A stretch of 64,000 bases of DNA from Hypanus sabinus (lineage: Eukaryota), in the NCBI RefSeq assembly GCF_030144855.1, contig NC_082721.1, positions 30,814,001 to 30,878,000 of the forward strand, in the 5' to 3' direction. The position numbers were made by a program, and so were the translations under genes. Numbering within the stretch: the first letter of the stretch is position 1; the number at the start of each line of letters is the position of its first letter. The notes under the pieces are model-generated. The model was not told where the DNA came from. It made no database searches and saw only the letters and a program-made list of their open reading frames with translations. Shown here piece by piece: positions 48,439 to 63,043 of the stretch.

Positions 48439-49025
48439 TAACTCTGACTAAATGTTGATCTTCCTGCTTAGATTTGTGTTTCTCTCACCTTCATATGGTT
48501 CTTCTCTGGCTCTACCCTTCTTCGAGGTGAAAAGTTGTCAATGTATGTTCACCATAATTTCACTGGTTAATTGCTCTTCATCTTGCTCTCTTCCAATTGT
48601 TTTTGGGATACAGCAAGCAATAATTCTGCATCTATAGCCCTGTCCCTTTTTGTTTCTCTGCATGTCTGATTATTATGTCCTTTTGCTTAGTTCTGTTCAT
48701 CACTGTTGTCTTTCGCCCTATCATGAAATTTGTTGCTGTTGACCTCACCCCTCCTTTCTGTGTATATCTGCTTACTGATCTGCTTCACCTGTAACATTTA
48801 CCAGTTCTCCTGAAGGTCATATCTTTCAAATGTCAACTCTGTCCTCACAGCTTTCAGATCTCCAAGTGTTCACGGTATTTTCTGTTTACGATTAAGCGTA
48901 GTTCTATCCAGAGGACTCTGTTTAAAGTTAGCCATACCCACAATGTTATAGCTGACAGTAGGATAGCAGAGTCTTATAATTAATAACATCACCACTAACA
49001 CTGGCATTTCCTTTACCCATTTAAG

Positions 49026-49344
49026 GTATGATCTATGTGCCACTTTCCTGAATGGTGCAATATATGTAGTGGGAGGTCAAACATTTCGTCTTGACATAGA
49101 CACGGACGAGTGGACTCCTGTGGATGAGGAAAGCTTGAACCAGAAGTTCTTCAGTGGTTGCACTACTGTTAATGGGAAGACATATCTTCTTGGGGAGAGG
49201 AGAGGGAACACATCAATCCCAAATATGATTCTTTTCGATCCTTATACAGACACCTGTCAGGTGGTCGACAAAGCTGTGCCCTGCCCGCTCCCTGTACGAG
49301 GCTGCATGTCCATCGGAAAATTCAGCACAACTTCTGGAGTCTGA
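49026..49344 (+). CDS. Kelch-like protein coding exon 3 to stop; 543 aa total
   Basis: tttaag|G TAT. Encodes YDLCATFLNGAIYVVGG...TYLLG...FDPYTDTC...SGV*. Exon lengths 901+412+319 = 1632 nt, in frame. Confidence 0.9.
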
Positions 49345-50204
49345 AGGAGGTGGAGGCATAGTTTACATTACAGGTCTTAGATCACCGACAACCCCGTTAG
49401 TGGGGTCATGACTGGGGAATCACAGCACCAGCATTGCCTTGCAACTCGTATTACTATGGACAGCGCCATGCAACTGAATCCAGGATTCTGATTAGCAATC
49501 CTTCACCTTTCTATCAAAAGGCATAGGAAGCTGGCTCAATAATCCAGGTAGAAATCATTAACTGGAAACTCTTGCAGACTGTACCCTACAAGGATCCATA
49601 CCGGCTCTTTGAGTAAGCTACCTGCTTTCCATCCTCCCTCAATATTGTCTTTCTCAGTATCCTCCTGAATTACAATTTTCCCCTACCCAGCCTGGCATTT
49701 GGCACATTTCATAAATTCCAGTGCATCCAAATCTCTACTTGTTGTCCATTGCGTCTCCTTGCTGTCCTGGGCTGGTAACTGACTCAGGGTTAAGTCAATG
49801 CTGTCCTCCCTAGCATTGTGATAGTTTCCAACCCCTTAAGCCATCCCCCAAACCCTCTGACCTTCACTCTCTTTTGTGCTTCTTCCTATTCAATACTAGC
49901 CTTTCACTGCTGTTAGCACTTGTAGCTTTACCTATTAGCCCATGTGCTCTAAAATTTAAACTTTAAGATCCTTATTAAAAAGTAGATTTGATCAAATGGC
50001 CTTCATAAATTACAAAGCATCCAAACCTCAATGTTTGTTGCCCGTTGCCTCTCCTTACTATCTTAGATTGATAACTGGCCACCTCATGCCCCAGAGTAAT
50101 TGGGAACTGGCTGTTAATTTTGCAAGGTTGCAAACTCTATCTTTAAATAAATCTGTTTAGATTTGCCCTTTCTTTACAAAACACCAGTTAGTAAGTGTAT
50201 GCAG

Positions 50205-50795
50205 CTGGATGTAAATGCAGGGATGTAAAGTTGAGATTTTATAAAGCACTGGTGAGGCTTCACTTGGAGTATTGTGAGCAGTTTTGGGCCTCTTATCTGT
50301 TGAAACTGGAGGGGTTACAAAGGAGGTTAATGAAAATGATTCCAGGTTTAAACGGCTTGTCATACGAAGAGTGATCTCTCTGAGCCTGTATTCACTGGAA
50401 TTCAGAAGAATGAGGGGTGACCTCATTGAAACCTATCAAAAGGTGAAAGTCCTTGGTAGAGTGGATGTGGAGAGGATTTTTCCTATGGTAGGAGAGTCTA
50501 TGACCAGAGGATACAGCCTCAGAATAGAGGGATGTCCTTTTAAAATGGTGTTGAGGAATTTCTTTAGCCAGAGTGGTGAATCTGTGGAATTCATTGCCGC
50601 AGGCAACTGCGAAGGCCAAGTCAATGAGTATGTTTAACGCAGAGGTTAATAGAGTTTTGATTGGTCAGGGCATGAAGAGATATGGGGAGAAGGCAGGAGA
50701 TTGGGACTGAGAGGAAAAAATGGATCAGCCATGATGAAATGGCAGAGTAGACTCGATGGGCCAAATAGCCTAATTCTGCTGCTATGTCCCATGTA
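50205..50795 (+). mobile_element. CR1 3' fragment
   Basis: LYSLEFRRMRGDLIETY motif. Confidence 0.75.
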
Positions 50796-53700
50796 TATAA
50801 TAACCCAATAGATCTCAATGGCAGATTGTCCGAGGGGGAAAAAAAAGTTTTAATTCACTATATAGTATGCAACTCCAGTTTACTCACCACTGGCAGTGGA
50901 TAATGACCTTTATTGACCTTAGAGCAATAGTTCTTCATTGTTGGTGTTCTTGCTAGTGGCTTGGGTGTAAGTGAATGTAGTTGAATCTTGGTCACTGAAG
51001 AGCTTTATGCTGTTTGCACAGATATATCCTTCCATCTACACCATCAATAACAAAACTTACAACCTAACACTGGAGAAGATACAGTTTGAGCAAAAACTAA
51101 GTACCAGCATTAAAATAAAAATGCTGTATTTAAAAGAACAAATTTGAAACAGAATGAAGGTGCCCATTGTTATTAGGTGATTTTTTAAAAAAAAAACTGG
51201 TGAAATGTGCCAAAAAATCATTCCAAAACTTGATCACATCAATATACACAAATTATTTAAAAGGTAATTTTGTGCAGGCAGCATGAAAATAAACAAAAAT
51301 ATTGACAGGAGGCTTTAGCTGATACCATGGTATTGGTGCAGATTTGGGAATGGGATGGTTGCAATGAGAGGGGAGAGTGGGCTATTAAAGTAGGTCCATT
51401 TAAATAACTACTTTGAGTGCACTGACTGTTAAAATTACACATACGTAAACAACCAACCTCATCGTAAATTATTCTGGAGTGATGGTATGAAAGAGTTCAA
51501 TAAAACACTTATTCCATTACATCAGTTTTTATGCACACACATCCAAATGTCTCAAACCACCTATTATTCCCAGATGGTAGGTATTAAAAACTAAAAGACT
51601 GTGATGTATTAAGTTTATTTTAGTTGAAATATTGTTTATGCTGAGTTAGTGAATATTTCAGTAATCTAACTCCATGCTAATAGATTACCCCAGTATAGAG
51701 AACATCATAGTCACAGGGCTCAGTACAGCTCAAAAAGGTATAATCAGATAACCCAGTGGTTGCTGGTATTCATGCTAAGGACCTTGTAACAACTGAATTC
51801 ATGCTGTACCTTTAGTTTGAGGATCCACACACACCCTCTTACAACATATCGATGAGACTTTTAAAAATTGCAACTAAAGTTATATCAGAGACAGCTTTTT
51901 GGTCTGGCTGTCAACCCACTCCAGAGATTGGAATACAATCTTAGATGAATATTTCATGTGAGAACATAGAAAGTGACCCACTTGCAGGGTTGCCTATCTT
52001 TTTGGATGTTAGGATAAATAGAGATATATTCCCTCTTTTATGCAAAATTAAAAATTATGCTTATGTCCACTGGATAGACCATCCTCTAGCGTATGATCTA
52101 CAAAATCTTTTCCAAGCTCAAAATTGGTTGCCATTATTGCTTCCACTAAGAACACAGTGAAGACCTTGATGAGCATGAAAATACTCGTACAAAAAATATC
52201 AATGCCATTTCTTCCTTCCATCAGTTTGGATGAACTAATCTCCAAGATATCATCATCTTCCAAACATTTAGCTTCAGTCAAAACATAACAAAATAGTAAA
52301 CTAAACAATGCATGGCAATCTAAACAATTAAGGCAACAATTGCTGTAAATACTTAGCAACTGGCGACCTCTGGATTCAAATTCAATGTCAAAACCACAAA
52401 GACAAACAAAACTTACACATAATTAATTTATTCAGAACTTCCATTATTTCAAAACCAAAACCTTCATTAAACTATAAATTAAATGGAGCAGAATCAGACA
52501 CTCAGTATGTGATCAGCTTGGATACTTAATTAAGAATATGCATTCACAGGCAGGCACATTTAGGCGCTGTAATTAAGACTGTCATTTATACAACAAAGTC
52601 ACTCAGTCTTAATATTCAAAAGGTGCATTAGCAACTTAAATGTAACACAAGAAAGTCCTTTGGATTACTTCAGAGTTCTTTTTGTTGCATCTTGTGTGGT
52701 CCCGGACCCTATAGTTTACAAATGCAGAAACTCCTCCTGTAAAAGGTAGCTTTCTACCATTCAGAATTCAGACAGTACAAGAATTTGATACAATTGGTCA
52801 TAAAGTCAATATGGCTTGAATTCTTTACATAATGCCCATCAAATCCTCTGAGCATACTCACATACACGAACATCTGGAAATGCCATGTATTTGATATATT
52901 TTTCACCTAAAGTTCTCAGATTAGACTAAATATTTAACTTGAAAGGTAAACCCACGAATCCTGTTGTTCATTCCATTTATCAGGAAGACTTGTGTAATTG
53001 CATCTTTTCACCTACAAGGGAAGTTATTGTCACTGCCTCTATTGAATTTTGCGAATCTAACATCTCTGCAGTTTTAAACACTAAAACCCACAGAAATCAG
53101 GATTCCAATAGTAACTGTGTTGGGTTAAGGTTTATAGGAAAACTAAATATGACTACAAATAATGTCACAATCAGTGTGAACTGGAAAAGGGAAATGTTGC
53201 AGTAGAAACATTCTCACTCTCACTCTCCTAGTGAGAAAATAAATTCTAGTACTTTGATAATCTAGTACAGAAGTTGCTTCACAGCAAACTATCAAAACAC
53301 AGACTAAAAGATGCATTAAATCAGATGCTGGATTTAGCTCTAAATCCAGTTTGAAACTGCCCAAAATATTCCCAGGATTTGTAATCTGAAGACCAAACAT
53401 AACCACATTCCCAAAAAATGACTGTTCTGCCACCAAATAAAAATAAAAGATTAAATATTACAAATTGTTCAGCACTAACAAAAAGATTACACTATGATCT
53501 GGATTGCTGACTGAACTCTCCCAAGATGTTCTTTGCTTCAACCTGGTAGGTTTGTGGCTTGTGTCACTTTGCACTTCAAGGAGGAATCAACCCAGTGGCT
53601 GTGGGCACCAACTTGTGTTCAAAAGAACTAGGGAACTGATGACAAAACATTGGAGTAGAGAAAAGCTAGGGAAGCTCTACAGGAAATCCCAAATCCATTT

Positions 53701-54032
53701 TATATTTTGTCAGTATTGTGTTTCAATACAAAATACAGTTACCCAAATCTAATCTCGAATTCTTCAAGTGCATGAAGGTGACAGGCAAAACAAGACTATT
53801 CTGTATTTAGCAATCCACTCCACATCCACATCAAGACATGTGAAATGAAAGGTGTGAGATTTGACTGAGAACACCAAGAACCACATTTCCATTGGTGTTT
53901 AATCACCATTTCTGTGAAAGTCATTGTAGATTCCTTAATGAGAGATGAATTTGAGCAGTTGGTTGATGGTATTGATAACTTTCTTTTAGTAATAAGGCAG
54001 TACTAAACCTGTCCTTAATTGCATATCCCCAG

Positions 54033-54197
54033 CTACCTGGCTTTGGGTAGCCTGTTCCTTTCATTTATTTTACTTTTCATCCCATTTGTTATTTTTTTTA
54101 GTACACCATTGTGATTGGTAGATGACTTTGGTTCCATCCTTCCATCTTCTTCAGTCTCATCACTTTCATCAACATCACTCCTTTCGTCCTTTTCAAT
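54033..54197 (-). CDS. CERS4: Ceramide synthase (CERS4-type), last coding exon
   Basis: cttttaaag| encodes IEKDERSDVDESDETEED...LPKAR*, with the DxRSDxE acidic CK2-site tail of CerS2-6. Confidence 0.8.
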   Translation of the reverse strand: MEKDERSDVDESDETEEDGRMEPKSSTNHNGVLKKITNGMKSKINERNRLPKAR

Positions 54198-54659
54198 CTT
54201 TAAAAGGCCAGAAGAGAGGATTAATATTTTCAACAATGCAATCCCAGTCAGTTAGGGTATTTAGGTTCCCAAGTTGCCTGCCCTGTCCTTCCATAACCTT
54301 TCTGAGCACTTACATCATTTAACTCAACATGACAAAAAAAAAACTGGAAACATTCCAGTCTCAGACCAGGAAAGAGATGGAACTGAAAAGTGTAGATAGA
54401 CATCTCCTTCACTTGTCTATCTGACTGAGCAAAGTTCTGATGATCACCTCTCCAACTACTTTTCCTGGGAATTCAACCAGGAACATACATTAATCATTGG
54501 CTAACAACGGGATCAATAGACAATAGGTGCAGAAGTAGACCAGAAGTAGATCATGTTACTCTTAGACTGAGATCTCCAATTTCTTAAGGAACACAAGAAA
54601 CTTAAATCAATATTCTCTGTTTAAGTTCTGTGCATTTGACCACAGTTTATTATTTTATC

Positions 54660-57600
54660 TACTTTACAGTTGCTTAGTTAGGAACAGTTGAGATGCCAGG
54701 CAGGATAGTGGAATGTTCCTCTTGTAGGATATGGGAAGGCAGGGAGACCTCCAGTGTCTCTGATAACAACATCTGCGAGAAGTGCATTCTGCTTCAGCTT
54801 CTAAAACTATGTGTTAAGGAGTTGGAGTTGGAACTGGATGAACTCCAGACCATTTGGGAAGCTGAGGGGGTGACAGATAAGATATATAGAGAGGTAGTTA
54901 CACCCAAGGTACAGGATACAGGAAACTGGGTGACAGTGAGAAAGGGGAAAAGGGTTAAATAGCCAGTGCAGAATACCCTTTTGGCCATCCCCCTCAACAA
55001 CAGGTATACTGCTTCAGGTATTGTTGAGGGAGTGACCTATCAGAGGAAAGTTACAGCAGTCTGGTCTTTGCCACTGAGTCTGGCTCTGTGACTCAGAAGG
55101 GAAGGTGGGGGAGGGAGGGGCAAGCTGTGGTGACAGCAGATTCATTAGTTAGGTGAACAGAAAGGAGATTCTGAGGACAAGATTGAGATTCTTGGATGGT
55201 AATTTGCCTCCTGGGTACCAGGGTATCTCGGATTGAGTCCTCAGCATTCTTAAGTGGGACAATGACCAACCAGAGGTTGTGGGCAATGAAGGTAACAATA
55301 ATGTAGGTATGAAAAGCGATAAGATTCTGCAAAGTGAGTTCAGGGAGTTAGGTGCTAAGTTAAAGGCAAGACCTCCAGGATTGGTTGTGATCTCAGGATT
55401 GCTACCCGTGCCATGTGATACTGAGGCCAGAAACGGGAAAATTAATTCAGTTTAAAATGTAGCTAAGAGTTGGTGTAGGAGGGAGGGCATAAGATTTTTG
55501 GATCATTGTGCTCTCTTTCATGGAAGGTGAAACCTGCACAGAAAAGACAGTTTGCACCTGAACTGTAAGGGATCTAATATCCTAGCAGGAAGGTTTGCTA
55601 GTGCTGCACAGTGGGAATGGGAGCCAGAGTGCCAGAACAGATAGTGCAGAGGTTTAGGAGACAGATGTTGTTAAACCTCAGACAAAATCATGAATCAGAA
55701 GGTTGAGCATGGTGTGCCTAATGTCCTGAGCTGCGTATATTTCAATGCAAGAAGTATTGTAGGAAAGGCAAATGAGCTCATGACATGGATCAACACCTGG
55801 AATTATGATATTGTAGCCATTAGTGAGACTTAGTTGCAGGAGGGGCTGGACTGGCAGCTCAATATTCAGGGATTTTGTTGTTTTAGACGTGACAGTGGGA
55901 ATGATTGAAGAAGAGGGGTGGGATTACTAGTCGAGGAAAGTGTCATGGGAGTGCTCAGTTCAGACAGACTGGAGAACTCGTCTAGTCAGGCGTTATGTAT
56001 GGAACTGAGTAATAAGAAAGGTCTAACTATTAGTAAAGACTGCCCAACAGTCTGAGGGATTTAGAGGAACAAACTTGTAGAGAGATCGCATACCGTTGCA
56101 AGAAACACAAGGTTCTTATAGTAGGCGATTTAAAATTTCCACATGTTGACTAGGACTCCCATACTGTAAAAGGTCTAGTTGGGATAGAGCTTGTCAAATG
56201 TGTTCAGGAAAATTTTCTTAATCCATAAGTAGAAGTCCCAACACGCGAACATGCAATACTTGATCTGCTATTAGGGAATGAGATGCAAGTTTGTGTAGGC
56301 GATCACTTTGCATCTCGTGATCACAGTGCTATTAGTTTCAAAATAAATATGCAAAAAGATAGGTCCAGTCTGCAGGTTGAGATTCTAAATTGGAGAAAGG
56401 ACAATTTTGATGGTATCAGAAAGGATCTGGCAGATGTGGATTGGAACAGGCTGTTCTGTGACGAAGGTGCACTTGGTAAGCGGGAGGCCTTCAAAAGTGA
56501 AATTTTGAGAGTACAAAGCTTGTATGTACCTCTCTGAATAAAAGGTAAAGGTAACAGGTGTAGGAAACCTTGGTTTTCAAGAGATATTGAGGCCCTGGTT
56601 AAGAAAAAAAGGAGGTACATTGCAGGTATAGACAAGTAGGAACAAATGAGGTGCTTATGGAGTAAAAGAAATAAGAAAGAAATCAGGAGGGGTTAAAAGG
56701 CAGCATGAGATTGCCTTAGTGGAGAAGGAGAATCCTAGGGGATTCTACAGATATGTTAAAAGCAAAAAGATTGCAAGGGACAAAATTGGTTCTCTGGAAG
56801 ATTAGAATGGTAATCAATGCATGGAACCAAAAGAGATGGGGGAGATCTTAAAAACATTTTTTGTATCTGCATTTACTCAGGGACAGTCACAGAGTCAAAA
56901 AGAAGTAAGGCCAAATTGCATCAAATTTATGGACTCTACAAGTTATTGAGGAGGAAGTGTTTGCTGTCTTGAGTCAAATTAGGGTGGATAAATCCCCAGG
57001 GCCTGACAAGGTGTACTCTTGGACCCTACGGGAGGCAAGTGCAGAAACTGCCAAAGCCCTAGCAGGGATGTTTAAATCATCCTTAGTGACAGGTGAAGTG
57101 CCAGAAGATTGGAGGATAACCAATGTTGTTCCACTGGTTAAGAAAATAAACCAGGAAATTGTAGTCCAGTGAGCCTGACATCAGTAGTGGGAAGTTATTG
57201 GATGGTATTCTATGGGACCAGATATGAGTATTTGGATAAACATGGACTGATTGAGGATAGTCAGCTTGACTTCATGCCTAACCGACTTTACAGAGTTTCT
57301 TGAGGAAGTTAGCAGGAATGTTGATGAAAGCAAGGCAGTGGATGTTGTCTACATGGACTTTAGCAAGGCATTTGACTAGGTCATGGGAGGTTGGTTAAGA
57401 AGATTAAGTATCTCGGCATTGAAGATGAGATAGTAAATTGGATTAAATATTGGCTTTGTGGGAGAAGTCAGAGCAGTAGTAGATGGTTGCCTCTGACTGG
57501 AGGCTTGTGACTAGTGGAGTGCTGCTGAGATTGGTGCTGGGTCTGTTGTTTCTCATTTATATCAAGATCTGGATGATAATGTGGTTAACTAGATCAGCAA

Positions 57601-58466
57601 ATTTGCAGATGACATCAAGATTAGGGGTGTGAACAGCAAAGAAGCTTGTCATGACTTGCAGCAGGATCTGGATCAGCTAGAATAATGAGCTGAAAAATGA
57701 CAGATGGAATTTAATGTAGACAAGTGCGAGGTGTTACACTTCGATAGGGCTAACCAGGGTAGGTGTTACACAGTGAATGGTAGGGCACTGAATAGTGTGG
57801 TAGAACAAAGGGATCTGGGAATACAGGTTCATAATTCATTGAAAGTGGCATAACAGATTGATAGGGTTGTAAAGAAAGCTTTTGGCACATTGGCCTTCAT
57901 AAATCGAAGTATTGAGTACAGGAGATGGGATGTTATGTTGAAGTTGTATAAGATGTTGGTGAGGCCGAATTTGGAGTATGCAAACTACAAAAGATGTCAA
58001 CAAGGTTTAAAGAGTACAGAGAAAATATACAAGGATGTTGCCGGGCCTGGAGGGCTTGAGTTATATGGAAAGATTGAATAGGTTAGGACTTTATTCCTTG
58101 GAATATAGAAGACTGGGGAGATTTGATAGAGCTATACAAAATTATGAAATGTATAGGCAGGGTAAATGCAAGCAGGCTTTTTCCACTGAGTTTGGGTGAG
58201 ACTACAACTAGAGATTATGGGTTAAAGGTGAAAGGTGAAAAGTATAAAAGTAACATGAGGGGAAACTTCTTCATTCAGAGGGTCACGAGAGTGTGGAACA
58301 AGTGGTGTATGTGAGCTCGATTTCACTGTTTAAGAGAAGCTTGGATAGGTACATGGATGATAAGGATATTGAGAACTATGGTTCTGGTGCAGGTTGATTG
58401 GAGTAGACATGGACTAGATGGGTCAAAGGGCCCATTTCTGTGCTGTAGTTTTCTATCATTCTATGC
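54660..58466 (+). mobile_element. Near full-length degenerate CR1 LINE (ORF1 zinc finger/coiled coil/esterase; ORF2 EN-RT)
   Basis: Fragments VECSSCRIWE..ICEKC, DKSPGPDKVY and LKLYKMLVRPNLEY. Tail ttctatcattctatg. Confidence 0.88.
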
Positions 58467-59271
58467 CTCTAAAGCTAGTTGTGCACAATGAAATGGGAAT
58501 CAGGAATTTCATATGAACAGTGCTTCACGTATCAATTCATTAGTTCATTTAATTTATCATGTTGTGAAAAGGTATTATTTAGATGCCAAATTCATAGAAT
58601 CAGAAAGTGATAAAGTGGCCATTATTCGTGACTCATATTTGCCATTACTTGATATCCATTCATTAATCTCAAATTCAGATTTATCACATGTACATTGAAA
58701 CTTACAATGAAATGTATAGTTTTGAGTTAACAATCAGCACACCCAAGGTTATGCTGGGGGCAGCCCACATGTATTGCCACACATTCTGGTGCCAACATAG
58801 CATGCCCACAAGGCATTGCAATTTGAAAATGCTGCACCAGGTGCACAATGTAAAGGTAAGATATTTACAAAGAAATGAAGGCCTCTTCTTGAAACAGAGA
58901 GGGAAAAATAATTATGTCAAATATTCATATGCAAAATGCTCAAAATTATTTAACTTCCTAAATTTAGAATGAGTGTACTGCCTTCATCAGTTCACCATAG
59001 ATCCTGGCCCTATTCGTAGTTGCATTAATCAACTGTTTTATATCAGTGATCGGAACATTTAAAACAAAAAATGGCAATATACTCAAAGCAAAGATTTTCA
59101 AAGGCATATAACTCCTTTCCCAAACGTACTGGCTTGATTTTATGATCAACCGAGGCTATTAGGGGGAGTACACGAAACAGTTATGAAATTGACTCAAACT
59201 ACTCAACCCTGGTGATGTACATTATATCTTCAGCACATTATATCTGCTTCATCTGAAAAGCTATTTCTTAC

Positions 59272-59428
59272 CTTTCCAACAAACACAAACTTCACTGCCA
59301 TTCTTAGGATGAGATAGGCCCAAAATATGTGCAAAACCTGCAGAACCATCAGGAGAAGATTGAAAAAGTAGTAACCAAAGAAGGGCTGAAAAATCTCCAT
59401 GGAATAGTAGAATGTGGTGTAGATTACC
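59272..59428 (-). CDS. CERS4: Ceramide synthase penultimate coding exon (end of TLC domain)
   Basis: 157 nt, ctgcag| ... |gtaaga. Encodes VIYTTFYYSMEIFQPFFGYYFFNLLLMVLQVLHIFWAYLILRMAVKFVFVGK. The YTT.Y.S...PFFGYYFFN pattern is closest to CERS4. Upstream exons lie beyond the window. Confidence 0.85.
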
Positions 59429-61159
59429 CTGCAGATGAAAAATGTCACATGGTTAGTGAAGCTAGATGGCAATATTCAAAATTGAGTAAGATCTTCCCTA
59501 TTCACCTTCAAAGTTTCAAGAATTCCCAGTTCTCATATCTATAGTATTGTCATTTATGCATTGGTACACAGTTGTTCTCATCTTAATAACTCCACAACTC
59601 TAGTAACAGAAGACGTGAGAAAGTGTGCTGAGGAGATTGTGGGATGTGGGAAGGTCACTGCAAAGGGCATGAGCATTCTGCAGCATAACCAAGAACATGC
59701 ACTTATCTAGGATAGAAATGATTGGTCTTACAGTTCCTCTCAAACTTCCCTCAGCCTGATATCAGAATGATGCCACGTCAAAGGACCAAGTTAACTAGAA
59801 GCAATAGGAACGCATCATTATGATAAAGCCACTGCTGCTTTGAGTCATTTAGTTCTGTTGAACATTTGCAATATAACCTCATCATTGGAGTTGGTGCATC
59901 TGCAGGACCCAAGGAAGGGCTGAGATTATGAGGAGCTGTTGGCTTGTGCATTGAGAGCAAGATTTGAAAAAAGTGAATGGAACCAGTCGAGGCATTCTGC
60001 ACGCTTGAAATCGCTAAATAATTCAGCACTTGGAAAGGGCCAATAAAAAGTTAGGTTTAAGCAGAGCAGTCATTGTTTGAGTGGAACAGTGTTAGAATGC
60101 AGAGGCTTTGGCTCAAGAGGCAAAGAGAGGTAGAGGCTGTAGGTAGGTTTTAAGTAAGTTTTTTCCCCCTGCAAAGTTAGAGCAGTGGGAATTCCAGACA
60201 AAATAGTCAAATGCTCCTCTTGGAAAATGTGGAAAGACAGGAAGACATCAGGTGTCCCTGACGACTATTCTTGGTAAGAACTGCATTCAGCTGCAGCTTC
60301 CTACAGATCGCATTAGGAAAATGGAGCTGAAGCTACTCCGGATCATTTGGGGTTTTTTTTTGGATTGATTTACAGGTGATAAAGGGAGGTAGTTATATGT
60401 GAGATGCAGGTAACTGGGAAGCCATGAGGAGGGGGAAGAGGGATAGGCAGCAAGTGCTGCCCCTGACCCATTCCCCTCAATAACAAGTATATCATTTTGG
60501 ATACTGTTTGTGATGGAAGGAGAATGACCTGTCAGAGGAAAGCCACTGAATATGGCTCTGTGGCTCAGAAGGGAAAGGAGGACAAGAAGCAAGCTGGAGT
60601 AATAGGGGTATCATTGGTTAAACTGCAAGGTTCCCTGCCTGGGATCCATGGATCCTTTAGTTAATGGTAGGGGTCTATGGCATCAAAAAGGTTGGGAAGC
60701 CCTTGATTAGGAGAACAGGTAGGTAGGAATGGTGATGGAGTCCCACAAAGTCAGTTCAAACAGTTAAGTGCTAAATTAAAGGACAGACCTTCAGGGCTGT
60801 GATTTCAGGATTGCTACTTATCCCACATGCTAGAGAGGGAAGAAATAGGTCATGGCTATCCCTCGAGGTCGAGGATGATGGTCTTCATTCCGTTGATCTA
60901 TTTATGGGCTCTCAAAATATGAGTCCAATCTTGGCTTTGAAAGTTCTTCCACATTCAGGACAGGTAGTTCCAGATGGCAGATCGGGCTTTAGTTGTTGTT
61001 GCCTCTCTTTCCATTTTTTTCTCTTCTTCTAATTCTGCACATTTGTTAGCTTGGAAAATAGCTGTTCCTTCTTGGATGATGGTTTGCCAGAGTTTCCTGT
61101 CCTTGGCATTGGTTTCCCAATTGTTGATGTCGATGTTACATTTCTTCATGTTGTCTTTT

Positions 61160-62135
61160 TTTTTGAAAACTTTTTTTATTGCATTTTTAAGTAATTACAG
61201 AGTAAAGTATGAAAAAAATGTATATAACCCTTCCCCCTCCCCTTAACCCCTCCCCCCCTGACTACCCTATAGAAAAAAAAGAGAAAGAAAGAGAAAAGAA
61301 AGAAAGAGTGCCTGGTTGTTGGTAGATCTCCACATGCTCCATGGAGTTCGTAATAACTTTAATATATATATATTTATTTCTTTCCCCAAATAACCAATTG
61401 TTTCATCTTCAGAGCATCTATATATTTAGTCCTGTCTTTTGTAAATAAGGGCTCCAAATTTTCAGAAATGTTTCATATTTATCTCTTAAATTATGTAATT
61501 TTTTCTAATGGAATACAGCCATAGATTTCTTTCTTCCAAGAGTCTATACTTAAATATGTATCCGATTTCCAAGTAACTGCAATAGCTTTTTTGGCTACTG
61601 CCAGTGCAATTTTTATGAATTCTTTCTGATATTTATTTAGTTTGAGTTTCGGTTTTATCCCTTCAATATCACCTATTAAGAGTAATATTGGATTATGAGG
61701 AAATTGTGTTCCTGTAATTTGTTCCAGTAAAAGTCTTAAATTTGTCCAAAAAGGTTGAATTTTAGAACAAGACCATGTAGAATGTAAAAAAGTACCAGTT
61801 TCTTGGTTACATCGGAAACATTGATCCGATAAATTTGGATTTAATTTATTTATTTTTTGTGGTGTAATATATAATGGATGTAGAAAATTATACTGCACTA
61901 ATCTTAACCGAACATTTATTGTATTTGTCATACTATCAAGACATAGTCTTGACCAATTTGTTTCTTCAATCTTAATATTCAAATCACTTTCCCATTTTTG
62001 TCTTGACTTATGGACTCCTTGTTTAATTGCCTGTTTTTGAATCAAATTATACATACAAGATATAAATTTTTTAATATTTCCTTTTTGAATTAAAATTTCT
62101 ATTTCATTAGATTTCGGCAGTAACATTGTTTGACC
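61160..62135 (-). mobile_element. 5'-truncated L1-clade LINE
   Basis: 211-aa ORF2 C-terminus with CFRC...HSTWSC zinc knuckle, AATAAA and an A-tail. 11-bp TSD tgttgtctttt at 61149 and 62136. Confidence 0.85.
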
Positions 62136-63043
62136 TGTTGTCTTTTAAGACGTCTTTGAATCTCTTCTGCTATCTGCCTCTTTTACTTTTGCCTTCTTTA
62201 AACTGGGAGTAGAAGATTTGCTTCGTTGTTTTTGCTTCATTTAGCATGCTAACATTGGTTCTATTTTCCCAGCTGATATTTAAGATGTTTCGAAGAAAGC
62301 GTTGATGGAACTTTTCAAGTGCCTTCAAATGTAGTCGGTATGTTGTCTATGTTTCTGATGCATACGGGAGCATTGGGATCACCACTGCTTTGTAAACTAA
62401 CACGTTGGTGTCTGTTCGGATGTCATGATCATGAAAGACTTTTGTTTGGAGATGTCCAAAAGCTGTTCCAGTGCATTTAAGACAATGTTGGATCTCGTCA
62501 TTAAGGTTGACATTGGAGGAGAGGTGACTTCCAAGATATGGAAAGTGGTCCACGTTTTCCAGGGTTGTTTTGCCAAGTTGAATTGTTGGTTCTATCCAAT
62601 TTGTCTCAGTTGGTGACTGTTGGTAGATGATCTGAGTCTTTTTGGAATTGATGGTAAGTCCAAATTTCGTGTATGCATGGTTGAAGGCAGTCAGAATCTG
62701 TTGTAGGTGGTTTTCTGAGAGGGCTGCAACACTTGTCATCTGCGTATTAGAACTCAATGAGGGAACTCGTGGATGTCTTGTTTTTGGACTTGAGACGGGC
62801 AAGATCAAAAAGTCTGCCATCTGTTCTGTAGACAATTTTGATTCCTGGGGATAGGTCGTCTTTGATGATGTGGATGATTGTCGCAGTGAAGATGGTAAAC
62901 AAAGTTGGGGCAATCACGCATCCCTGTTTTACTCCCAATCTGACTTGAAAAGGCTCACAGTTACTATTGCTGACCATGAATGTGGCAAGCATGCCATCAT
63001 GGAGGAGTCTCAGGATTTGAATGTACTTTTCAGGGCATCCATA

